Shown here one piece after another: positions 26,815 through 35,054 of a stretch of DNA of 64,000 nucleotides. The notes beneath the pieces are model-generated. The model searched no databases and had not been told where the DNA came from. It saw only the letters and a list, made by a program, of their open reading frames with translations. Origin of the DNA: Tepidisphaera sp. Lineage in GTDB: Bacteria > Planctomycetota > Phycisphaerae > Phycisphaerales > UBA1924. The position numbers and the translations under genes were made by a program. Each line of letters begins with the position of its first letter. Within the stretch, counting starts at the first letter, position 1. The DNA is taken from assembly GCA_050916045.1 (NCBI GenBank), contig CP051526.1, positions 192,001-256,000 on the forward strand, in the 5' to 3' direction.

Positions 26815-27341
26815 CCGCTCCCATCCCACCCGAATTCCAAGCCGCCAGCGGGACGATGTACGACACCTTCGCCCGCGACATGCGAGCACGCGGCATGCCC
26901 GAAGCCGTCCCGTTCCTGAAGGACAAGCTCGCACCGCGCCACGAGAGCACCCTGCCCGCAGGCCCCGGCTATCGCGTCGTCAAGATGAAGGTCTTCAGCA
27001 GGTTCACCTCGTACTCGGCCACATACAACGCCCGCACCGGCGAACAGACCTCGATGATGATGGGCGCCCTCATGAAGGACCCGGGCGAAGAGCTCACCCG
27101 CGATGAAGCCGTCGAAGCAGCGTCCGCCCTGCTCAAGCCGCCCGGCGACGCCCTCCTCGATGTCGCCGAGTATGACCAGGCCGCCGGCGAACCCTTCTTC
27201 ATCGTCCGCTGGTCGCATAAGCATCAGGGCGTGGTCGTCGAGCGCGACTACATCCAGGCTCTCTTCAACGGAAAGAGCAAGCGTATTTTCTCGTGGTCGC
27301 GCCGCTGGCACTCCGTCCGCACCGAGGAGGCTCCGCGATGA
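26811..27341 (+). CDS. PepSY/peptidase-propeptide-like protein (YcdB/YcdC-like repeats)
   Basis: AGGAGG; ATGA overlap; TYNARTGE, LTRDEAVEAA, FIVRWSHKHQGVVVERDYIQALFNGKSKRIFSW. Confidence 0.6.
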   Translation: MTAPIPPEFQAASGTMYDTFARDMRARGMPEAVPFLKDKLAPRHESTLPAGPGYRVVKMKVFSRFTSYSATYNARTGEQTSMMMGALMKDPGEELTRDEAVEAASALLKPPGDALLDVAEYDQAAGEPFFIVRWSHKHQGVVVERDYIQALFNGKSKRIFSWSRRWHSVRTEEAPR

Positions 27342-27841
27342 ATCCGCTCGGGTCGTGCTCGCTTGCCGTCGCGTGCCTCGTGCTCGCCGGTTGCGGCGCG
27401 AACCAACCCGCACCCGCCGCGCCGGAACCCACCCCGGCGCCCGTTGTCACCAAACCCGCCGGCACGGAGGCCGTTATGCCGCTTGCGACCATCGATCCTT
27501 CCATTCTCGAACAAGCCAAGGACGAAGGCGGCTTCGTCGCGATCGTCCGCGTCACCTCGTCCAAGATCGAGAACGCCGGCACCCGGAGCGAAGCCGCTCG
27601 CATCGAAGCCGAGGTGCTCCGCTCCATCCACGGCACGCTTGCCGGAAAGATCTCGCTCCGTTCCTACACCAAGGGCGGCGATCCCGTCCTCAAGCCCGGC
27701 ACCGTGCACGCCGTCGCTCTCTTCACCGATCCCAGGTTCGCTCCGGCAATGGACCTCATCGGCCACGCGCCCTGCGACGAAGCTCGCGTCGAAGAATCCG
27801 CCCAGGCACACACGAAGCTGCTCAAGGGAACACCCCGTTGA
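27338..27841 (+). CDS. Lipoprotein of unknown function (possible NTR/TIMP-like OB fold)
   Basis: GAGGAGG; ATGA overlap; lipobox LAGC; Pro-rich linker; FVAIVRV...AEVLRSIHG...LKPGTVHAVAL. Confidence 0.6.
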   Translation: MNPLGSCSLAVACLVLAGCGANQPAPAAPEPTPAPVVTKPAGTEAVMPLATIDPSILEQAKDEGGFVAIVRVTSSKIENAGTRSEAARIEAEVLRSIHGTLAGKISLRSYTKGGDPVLKPGTVHAVALFTDPRFAPAMDLIGHAPCDEARVEESAQAHTKLLKGTPR

Positions 27842-27875
27842 CCGTTCGCGCGACGCGCACTTCGGAGACCACGCG

Positions 27876-28169
27876 ATGCCAAACGCAGCCTGTGTCGGAG
27901 ACATGCACACCTGCCCGTTGTTCAACGGCCCGGTGCCGCACGTGGGCGGACCGATCCTGCCTCCCGGCACGCCGAACGTCATCATCGGCGGACGTCCTGC
28001 GGCCGTCGCGACCGGGATGTGCGTCTGCGTCGGCCCACCCGACACGATCGCCAAGGGATCCGCGACGGTGATGATCGGCGGCAAGCCCGCCGCCCGCGTC
28101 GGCGACCTGACCGCGCATGGCGGGAGCATCGTGGGCCCCGGGGCGCCCACGGTCATGATTGGCGGGTGA
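27876..28169 (+). CDS. PAAR-domain spike tip protein
   Basis: MPNAACVGDMHTCP...GRPAA...GKPAARVGDLTAHGG; GGAG before ATG 27876. Confidence 0.95.
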   Translation: MPNAACVGDMHTCPLFNGPVPHVGGPILPPGTPNVIIGGRPAAVATGMCVCVGPPDTIAKGSATVMIGGKPAARVGDLTAHGGSIVGPGAPTVMIGG

Positions 28170-28179
28170 GTTGAGCCAT

Positions 28180-28830
28180 CTATCGCCAGTCCGTTGGCCG
28201 GACAATCTCTCTGCCATCCGCGTCCTTGACTTTGTCAGGCATCTGGCTTTGGTTGAACTTGGCTCGACCAATCGTCATGCTCCCCGAGCACGCAGTCGCC
28301 AGCTCACCAGAATGACGCTTCGGCGGAAAGAGCACTGAGACGACCTTGCGCGGGAATCTCTGCCGCACCATCCGAACCGCGCCCACAAGATCAGTGTCAG
28401 CGGAAACAAGGAGGGCGACATCGAATCGATCGTCGATGGCGTCGACCAGCAGGTCGATTGCGATGTTCACGTCTGTCATTTTCTCGACCGGGAGCCATAC
28501 CTCGTGATTGCAGGTACGGCAGAGCCTTGGCCGCTCCTGTAGCATTCCGAAGGTAATCCTGAGGTCGGGCAACGTCTGAAGGGCGTCAAGATACGCGGAC
28601 TGACGAAGAACTTTGTCCGCAGGTTTCTTGAGTCGAGATGTGTAGTAGTTCGTGCGAAGGAGCGATTGCCCAGGCCTAAGGAGATTCCGGACCAGTCGAG
28701 GCAGATCGAGCCATTAGAAGCGTTGCCAACCGCTGTCCTTAAGCCCGTTGTACAGGTTAAAGCCGTCGATGTAGGCGATAACCCGTTGCGGACCACCAGT
28801 TTGTGAACGTATTGAATCGGCTTGGTCGAT
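28180..28830 (-). pseudogene. NYN (PIN-fold, LabA/DUF88-like) ribonuclease interrupted by an in-frame TAA
   Basis: Manual translation: RVIAYIDGFNLYNGLKDSGWQRF*WLDL...YYTSR...EKMTDVNIAIDLLVDA...LLVSADTDLVG. Stop at 28714-28716. GAGGAG lies 8 nt before an ATC at 28830; no in-frame ATG/GTG/TTG upstream of the NYN motif. Confidence 0.8.
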
Positions 28831-28840
28831 GGGATATACT
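28812..28840 (+). promoter_or_regulatory. Putative sigma70 promoter driving a small RNA away from the NYN gene
   Basis: TTGAAT (28812-28817), 17-nt spacer, TATACT (28835-28840). Confidence 0.6.
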
Positions 28841-28846
28841 CCTCAT

Positions 28847-28905
28847 GACTACCCCGAGGAGCGATCCTCGGACCGACGCCCGCGAAAGCGGGCGTTTACT
28901 TTTTT
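28847..28905 (+). ncRNA. Candidate ~60-nt structured small RNA
   Basis: Hairpin CCGAGGA-GCGA-TCCTCGG (28854-28871) and hairpin GACGCCCGC-GAAA-GCGGGCGTT (28875-28896), both with GNRA loops on this strand, then TACTTTTTT. No ORF lies between promoter and terminator. Confidence 0.5.
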
Positions 28906-28978
28906 GCGGGGCATGAACCCCGCCGCTCGACAACTCCCCTGCTGACCAAGGGATCTGGTAGAGCGATTCAGGCTGTTC

Positions 28979-30169
28979 CTACTGCAGGTTGACCGGCATC
29001 ACGACGTACACGAAGTCCTGCCCGCTGCGGATCAGGCCCGGCTTGTTCCCCGCTTTGAGCTCGAGGATCACTTCCGACTCCGTCACGACCTTGAGCGCGT
29101 CGGTGATGAACGTCGGGTTGAACCCGATCTCAAGGTCATCCCCGTCGTACTTCGCGAGATCGACGGTGATCTGGGCCTCGCCCATCTCCGGAGCCCGGCT
29201 CGAAAGCTCGAGCTGCTGGTTCTTCCCGGTGAAGTGAAGCCGCACGCCGCGCGATTCCTCGTTCGTCAGGAGCGCCGCACGCCGGACCGCCGACGCCAGC
29301 ACGTCCTTGTCGAACGTCACCTTCTTATCGTGGTCCTTGGGGATCACGTCTTCGTACGGAGGGAAGCTGCCCTCGACCAGATTGCTCGAAAGCGTCGCGC
29401 GGCCCGCTGCCGGGTCTTTCTCGCCCGCCGCGAGCACGCTGAAAAAGATCTGGTTGTCCGTGATCGCGATCTGCACCTGCTCCTCAGGGCTTGAGATCAG
29501 CCGCTGGATCATCTGCAGCGCCTTCGTAGGCACGATGCACGAGACGGCTTTGGTGTCCTTGTCAGAGGCCGAAAGCTGCGTACGGCAGAGCGCCAGACGA
29601 CGACCATCCGTCGCCACCATCTCAAGCCGCTTGCCGTCGCGCTTCATCAGCACTCCGTTGATCGCGTACCGGCTGTTCTCGCGGGCGGTCGCGAAGACCG
29701 TCCGCGTGATGATGCCGTCGAGTGCCGACGCCGAGTGGGCGAAGACCGCTTTGGCTTTGGGAATCTCGGGCGTGCCCGCGATGACCGAAGCCATGTCCGG
29801 GATCGGAGGAAAGTCCGCCGCCGGATACCCGTAGACCTTGAAGTGGGCGTCGCGGCCGCGGATGTGCATCGCGTCTTCTTCGGACTCGAGCGTCAGCGTC
29901 GGCTCGCTGTCCTCGGCCCCGATGATCTGGCGGAGCTTGTCCGCCGGAATCAGAGCCTCGCCCGGCTGCTGAACGTCCACCTGAAGCAGCTTCAGCCGCA
30001 TCGAAAGCTCACCGTCGGTCGCGAGCAGCGTCAGCTCGCCCGTCGAGCCCTTCTTGGTGGCTTCCAGCTTGACGCACTGCAACTGAACGCGCGGCGTGCG
30101 CCCCGCCACCGCACCCGAGACCAGGTTGATGCCGTCAAGCAACGCGGACCGATCGCAAATCACCTTCAT
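28979..30169 (-). CDS. dnaN: DNA polymerase III beta sliding clamp
   Basis: MKVICDRSALL, LLATDGE, TVFATARENSRYAINGVL, VATDGRRLA, IGFNP, YVVMPV; GGAG before ATG 30169. Confidence 0.97.
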   Translation of the reverse strand: MKVICDRSALLDGINLVSGAVAGRTPRVQLQCVKLEATKKGSTGELTLLATDGELSMRLKLLQVDVQQPGEALIPADKLRQIIGAEDSEPTLTLESEEDAMHIRGRDAHFKVYGYPAADFPPIPDMASVIAGTPEIPKAKAVFAHSASALDGIITRTVFATARENSRYAINGVLMKRDGKRLEMVATDGRRLALCRTQLSASDKDTKAVSCIVPTKALQMIQRLISSPEEQVQIAITDNQIFFSVLAAGEKDPAAGRATLSSNLVEGSFPPYEDVIPKDHDKKVTFDKDVLASAVRRAALLTNEESRGVRLHFTGKNQQLELSSRAPEMGEAQITVDLAKYDGDDLEIGFNPTFITDALKVVTESEVILELKAGNKPGLIRSGQDFVYVVMPVNLQ

Positions 30170-30441
30170 GGCAGCTCCAAACGCGGTGCCCATCCCATCC
30201 AAAAGCAGCAAAGACCGAAACACACCCCGCCCACGCTCATCAAGATCGAGGGTATGCCGAGATTGTACTAGGAATAGGGTCGCCGGTGCCTCGACGCCAC
30301 GACGCGTTGTGGATCTTCTTTGCCCGCGACCTGTGAACAACCCGTCGGTTCGCTCGGCTTGGTCCCGCATGCTCGTCCAGCCGCAAGAGCCGCGGGGAGC
30401 CCCGCCGGAACCCAAGTTCGGCCAGTCGGTCCTAAGTTTGC

Positions 30442-30457
30442 AGCAATTCTCATGCCA
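30442..30457 (-). promoter_or_regulatory. Putative sigma54 (-24/-12) promoter facing dnaN
   Basis: Minus strand TGGCATG-AGAA-TTGCT versus consensus TGGCACG-N4-TTGCW. Confidence 0.5.
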
Positions 30458-30654
30458 ATCGCAGACCGGGGTTGCTTCGGTTCTCGGACACCCAGATACT
30501 CCTCGGTGCGCTCGCCCGGGGGTGTCCCCGTGCGGCCGCACGCCGTCCGTCTCCACCCTTCAAACGGTGGTGCGGATGTCATTTTCGTCGTCGACGGGCC
30601 ACTCGCGCCGTCGGGACCGCCTCCGACGCCCGTCCCGAGAAAGGACTCTTCCGG

Positions 30655-32616
30655 ATGTCATTCGAAGCCGCCGTCCATGCACAAGCCATCGAACTCGATC
30701 GACTCTCCCTTGAGATGACCGCTGCCGCCGGCACAGGCCATCCGACCAGCTGTATGTCGATCGGCCACCTCATCACCGTCCTGATGTTCCACACTATGAA
30801 GTGGAGCCCCGAGGTGCCCGATTACCCGACCTCCGACCGCCTGGTCCTCTCCGAAGGCCACGCCGTCCCCATCGTCTACGCCGCGTGCGCCAAGATGGGC
30901 ACCATGTACGGCAAGGACGCCAACAAGCGTCGCCGCCTCACCATTGAGGATCTCAAGAAGCTCCGCTCCGCCGAAAGCGAGCTCGACGGCCACCCCAACC
31001 CGATGGAAGGCTTCCCCTTCTTCGACGCCGCCACCGGCTCGCTCGGGCAGGGCTTGTCCGTCGCCATCGGCCTTGGTGAAGCCGCTCGCCTCGACAAAAC
31101 CGAACGCCGGATCTACTGCATCATCGGCGACGGCGAAAGCCGCGAAGGCCAGATCGCCGAGGCTCTCGACCAGATGGTCGACCGCAAGCTCTTCAACGTC
31201 CTCCCGATCTTCAACTGCAACGAGTACGGGCAGACCGACCGCGTCAGCCCGCAGCAGTCCGCCGAGGTGCTGACCGCCAAGCTCCAGGCTTACGGCCTTG
31301 AGGTCAGAGTCATCGACGGCCACAACCCCAACCAGATCAAAGCCGCTTTCGACGCTTTCATCGCGAACAGCGAAGGCAAGAAGCCCATGGCCGTCGTCGC
31401 CCGCACCGCCAAGGGCTGGGGCGCCGAGAGCGTGCAGGGCAACGGCTGGCACGGCAAGCCGCCCACCGGCGACCAGCTCAAGCGGGCCTACGCCGAGCTT
31501 GATCAGAAGCGTCAGAGCCTCACGAGCGCCCTTGGCTCGGGCGACGCTTTCACGATCGAGCCGCCGAAGGAATACCAGACCCCCGACCACGTCGCCGGCG
31601 AACTTCCCACGCTCGCCGAGACGATGAAGTCGATGGACATGACCTCGCTGCTTCAGTCCGGCAACCTCGCGACCCGCCGCGCCTACGGCATCGCGCTGCG
31701 GGCTCTGGCCAAGGTCAACAAGAACGTCGTCGTCCTCGACGCCGACGTCTCCAACTCGACCTTCGCCGAGATGGTCCGCAAGGACTCCACGACCGCCGAG
31801 CGGTTCATCGAGTGCAAGATCGCCGAGCAGAACATGATGTCCGTCGCCGCCGGCCTCTCCGCCGCGGGCAAGATCCCCTTCGTCTCCACCTTCGCCAAGT
31901 TCGTCACCCGCGGGTACGACCAGATCGAGATGGCGATCAACTCCGGCGCGAACATCAAGGTCGTCGGGAGCCACGCGGGCATCACCTTGGCCGCCGACGG
32001 CCCCAGCCAGATGTCCCTCCCCGACGTCGCTTGGTTCCGTGCTTTCACCACGATGAAGGACCACCGCGGCAACCCCGGCTGCTACCTGCTTCAGCCCTCC
32101 GACGCGTATGCGGCGTACCGCTTGACCGAGGTCATGGCGGACTACGTCGGGGCCTGCTACATGCGGACCCTCCGCGCGGACACCGAGTTCCTGTACAACG
32201 ACGACGTGATCTTCAACCTCGGCGGGTTCGAGACCCTGCACGAGGGCCGCGATGTGCTGATCTGCGCCTCGGGCTACATGGTTCACGAAGCCAACAAAGC
32301 GATCGACCTGCTCGACAAAGCCGGCGTTTCGGCTTCCCTCGTCGATCTCTACTCGCTGCCCTTCGACACGGACGCGCTGCTCGACCTCGTCCTGGCCAAC
32401 AACGGGCACGTCCTCACGGTCGAGGACAACTACGGCGGCGGCATCGGCTCGGCCGTGGCCGACGCTCTCGTTGATTCCGGCGATGCGTTCAAGCTCAAGC
32501 AGATGCACGTTCGCCGCATCCCCAAGAGCGGCCGGACGCCCGAAGACCTCCTCAAGATGTGCGGCCTGACAGCCGAGGACATCAAGAAGGGCGCGATGGA
32601 GATGCTCGGCGTCTAA
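30655..32616 (+). CDS. tkt: Transketolase
   Basis: GHPTS, DRLVLSEGHA, ATGSLGQGL, GDGE ThDP motif, IAEQNM, DGPSQM; AAGGA before ATG 30655. Confidence 0.93.
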   Translation: MSFEAAVHAQAIELDRLSLEMTAAAGTGHPTSCMSIGHLITVLMFHTMKWSPEVPDYPTSDRLVLSEGHAVPIVYAACAKMGTMYGKDANKRRRLTIEDLKKLRSAESELDGHPNPMEGFPFFDAATGSLGQGLSVAIGLGEAARLDKTERRIYCIIGDGESREGQIAEALDQMVDRKLFNVLPIFNCNEYGQTDRVSPQQSAEVLTAKLQAYGLEVRVIDGHNPNQIKAAFDAFIANSEGKKPMAVVARTAKGWGAESVQGNGWHGKPPTGDQLKRAYAELDQKRQSLTSALGSGDAFTIEPPKEYQTPDHVAGELPTLAETMKSMDMTSLLQSGNLATRRAYGIALRALAKVNKNVVVLDADVSNSTFAEMVRKDSTTAERFIECKIAEQNMMSVAAGLSAAGKIPFVSTFAKFVTRGYDQIEMAINSGANIKVVGSHAGITLAADGPSQMSLPDVAWFRAFTTMKDHRGNPGCYLLQPSDAYAAYRLTEVMADYVGACYMRTLRADTEFLYNDDVIFNLGGFETLHEGRDVLICASGYMVHEANKAIDLLDKAGVSASLVDLYSLPFDTDALLDLVLANNGHVLTVEDNYGGGIGSAVADALVDSGDAFKLKQMHVRRIPKSGRTPEDLLKMCGLTAEDIKKGAMEMLGV

Positions 32617-32688
32617 CCGCCCGGCGAACACCTCTGAAGCAAGCGACGAGGACCGTCCCCATGGGCGGTCCTCGCTGTTTTACACGGC

Positions 32689-33648
32689 TCAGCCGCGGCC
32701 CCAGAGGACAAGCCAGATCATCAGAGCGGCGAACGAAACCGCCGCGGCCTGCACCCGCCAGTCGTGCGAAGCGATCTCCGTCGGATCGTCGTACTCCGCA
32801 CGCTCCACAAGCACGATCGCTCGGAGCAGGCCGTACGTCGCGGGGATCAGCGTCAGCCAGAGCAGGTTGAACCCGCGCAGGTACCGCTGCTCGTGCGCCT
32901 GCACGTACATCGCGTACGTCACCAGCGTGGCGACGGCGGTCACGACGACGCTCATGCGGAGCAGCTCTTCGGTGTAGGCTTTCTGCACCCCGCGGACCGA
33001 AGCCGGATCCACGCCCTGCGCCTGCATCAGACGCCGTTCGCCAAGCCGCTTGCAGAACGCCAGGAACATCGCCAGAAAGAACGTCACGTTCAGGAGCCAC
33101 GTCGATGGCACCACGCCCGTCGCCGCGCATCCGCCCAGAACTCGAAGCACAAACCCGCCCGAAAGCGAGATGACGTCCGCCATGATCGCGTTCTTGAAGC
33201 CCCACGAGTACGCCAGCACGTTTCCCGCGTACGCGATCAGAGCGACAAGCGTCCACCAGGCTTGGGTCGGAGGCAGCAGCGCCAGAAGACCCAGGCCGGC
33301 CAGAGCCAAGACGCCCGCAAGCGTCGCACCCTGGCCGGGCGACACCGCACCCGATGCGATCGGACGGTTCCGCTTCCGCGGGTGTAGGCGGTCCTTGGGC
33401 GCATCCGCCAGGTCATTGACGATGTAGCAGGCGCTGGAAACCAGCGCGAAAGCCGCCGCCGCGATCAGCGCCAGCGGCATCAGCTCCCTGCCCGACTTGC
33501 CGCTCGCCGGGTCCGCTAGGGCGTAGATCGGCCCGACCAGGACAAAGACGCTCTTGGCCCACTGGACGGGTCTTGCCAGCCTGATAAGGCTCTTCCAGAG
33601 CGGGGCTTTGGAAGGGGGGATGGAGGATGGGGAAGGAGTCGCGGTCAT
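32689..33648 (-). CDS. UbiA-family prenyltransferase (decaprenyl-phosphate phosphoribosyltransferase-like)
   Basis: RPVQWAKS, YIVNDLADAPKDRLHPRKRNRPIASG, KRLGE, DDPT; multiple TM segments; start could be 33672. Confidence 0.85.
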   Translation of the reverse strand: MTATPSPSSIPPSKAPLWKSLIRLARPVQWAKSVFVLVGPIYALADPASGKSGRELMPLALIAAAAFALVSSACYIVNDLADAPKDRLHPRKRNRPIASGAVSPGQGATLAGVLALAGLGLLALLPPTQAWWTLVALIAYAGNVLAYSWGFKNAIMADVISLSGGFVLRVLGGCAATGVVPSTWLLNVTFFLAMFLAFCKRLGERRLMQAQGVDPASVRGVQKAYTEELLRMSVVVTAVATLVTYAMYVQAHEQRYLRGFNLLWLTLIPATYGLLRAIVLVERAEYDDPTEIASHDWRVQAAAVSFAALMIWLVLWGRG

Positions 33649-33745
33649 GGGTTGGGCGTGAATGGCATACATCGGTCCAAAGCCGGTTCCGGCTTCCCGA
33701 TTCGCCGCCTACGCCAACCGGGGTGAGGGGGTTCTACGCTCCGGC

Positions 33746-34540
33746 ATGACCATCCTCGGCGTCAATATTGACCATGTCGCCACCCTGCGTCAGGCCCGAT
33801 ATCGGGAGGGACCCGGCGGTGCCTCGGGCTACGGCGAGCCTGATGTCCTCCAAGCCGCGTTCGAAGCCGTCGGCGCCGGCGCTCAGTGCATCACGGTTCA
33901 CCTCCGCGAGGACCGCCGCCACATCGTCGACCGCGACGTCGAACTTCTCCGCAGGACGGTGCCGGTTCGGTTCAACCTCGAGATGGCCGGCACCGACGCG
34001 ATGGTCGCGCTCGCCGATCGCCTCCGACCCCACGAAGCCACGCTCGTCCCCGAGGGACGGCAGGAAGTCACGACCGAAGGCGGTTTGGACGTCCGGGGCG
34101 ACCTTGCGAAATGGAAGTCCGTCGTCGCCAAGCTTCACGCCGCCGGGGTCTTCGCGTCCGCGTTCGTTGATCCTTCGGTGACGCAGGTCGAAGCTTGCCG
34201 CTCGGCGGGATTCGATGCGTGCGAACTTCACACAGGCCGTTACGCCCACGCGTTCGCGGCGTGCGGCGGCGATTTCGGCAACGCCGACCTCGCGCGGGAG
34301 TTCGGGCTGGTCCGAGACGCCGGCGCGAAAGCGATCCAGCTTGGCATGCGATTCCACGCCGGCCATGCTCTCAACATCTTCAATGTTCCGGCGGTTGCGG
34401 CGCTCCCGGACGTCGCCGAGCTTCACATCGGGCACTCGATCGTCGCCCGAGCGATTTTCGTTGGTCTTCGGGCGGCGGTGGGGGAGATGCTCAACGTGAT
34501 CGACCGTTCGGCGCGAAACCGCGGCCCGGCGACACCGTAA
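33746..34540 (+). CDS. pdxJ: Pyridoxine 5'-phosphate synthase
   Basis: LGVNIDHVATLRQAR, ITVHLREDRRHI, TTEGGLD, ELHTG, HAGH, ELHIGHSI. Confidence 0.97.
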   Translation: MTILGVNIDHVATLRQARYREGPGGASGYGEPDVLQAAFEAVGAGAQCITVHLREDRRHIVDRDVELLRRTVPVRFNLEMAGTDAMVALADRLRPHEATLVPEGRQEVTTEGGLDVRGDLAKWKSVVAKLHAAGVFASAFVDPSVTQVEACRSAGFDACELHTGRYAHAFAACGGDFGNADLAREFGLVRDAGAKAIQLGMRFHAGHALNIFNVPAVAALPDVAELHIGHSIVARAIFVGLRAAVGEMLNVIDRSARNRGPATP

Positions 34541-34567
34541 GACACACCGTCACAGAAGGAGGAACCG

Positions 34568-35050
34568 GTGTCGATCGTTCAGCATTTCCGCAGTATGGTG
34601 GCTTACGAGACGTGGGCGAATCGCGCTTCGCTGGCATCCATCGAAACCGTGCCCCCCGCGGCCCGGTCCGGGGTGGTCTTTCCCCGGGCTTTGCAGGTCA
34701 TGGCTCACAACCAGCTCGCGCGGCGGGCTTGGCTTGCCCGCTTGCAGGGACGGGTCGAGGTCATTGCGGACTGGTTCCCGACCTGGAGTGCCGCGGAGAT
34801 CGCGACGGCCGCCGCCGAGCTGGACGCCGCGTGGTCGGACTACCTCGCGGGGCTTTCCGAAGCGGATCTCGCCCGCGAGATCTCGTACAAAGCCAGCGAC
34901 GGGACCGCGTACACGAGCACCGTTCACGAAGTGCTCACCCACGTCGCCAACCACTCGACCTACCACCGCGGGCAGGTCGCGCGGCTTGTCAGCGAAGCCG
35001 GGGGTCGCCGCGCCGTGACCGACTACATCGCGATGACCCGGCGGTCGTGA
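34568..35050 (+). CDS. DinB/YfiT-family protein
   Basis: YETWAN, MAH, HVANHSTYHRGQ motifs; AGGAGGA before GTG. Confidence 0.88.
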   Translation: MSIVQHFRSMVAYETWANRASLASIETVPPAARSGVVFPRALQVMAHNQLARRAWLARLQGRVEVIADWFPTWSAAEIATAAAELDAAWSDYLAGLSEADLAREISYKASDGTAYTSTVHEVLTHVANHSTYHRGQVARLVSEAGGRRAVTDYIAMTRRS

Positions 35051-35054
35051 TCGT

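Noticed and set aside
28170..28978. IS element or prophage remnant at the T6SS boundary
   Set aside because: No transposase/integrase motifs, terminal inverted repeats or target duplication were seen.
30170..30654. oriC upstream of dnaN
   Set aside because: Only two imperfect DnaA-box-like sites, no AT-rich unwinding element and no dnaA; cannot be supported from this window.
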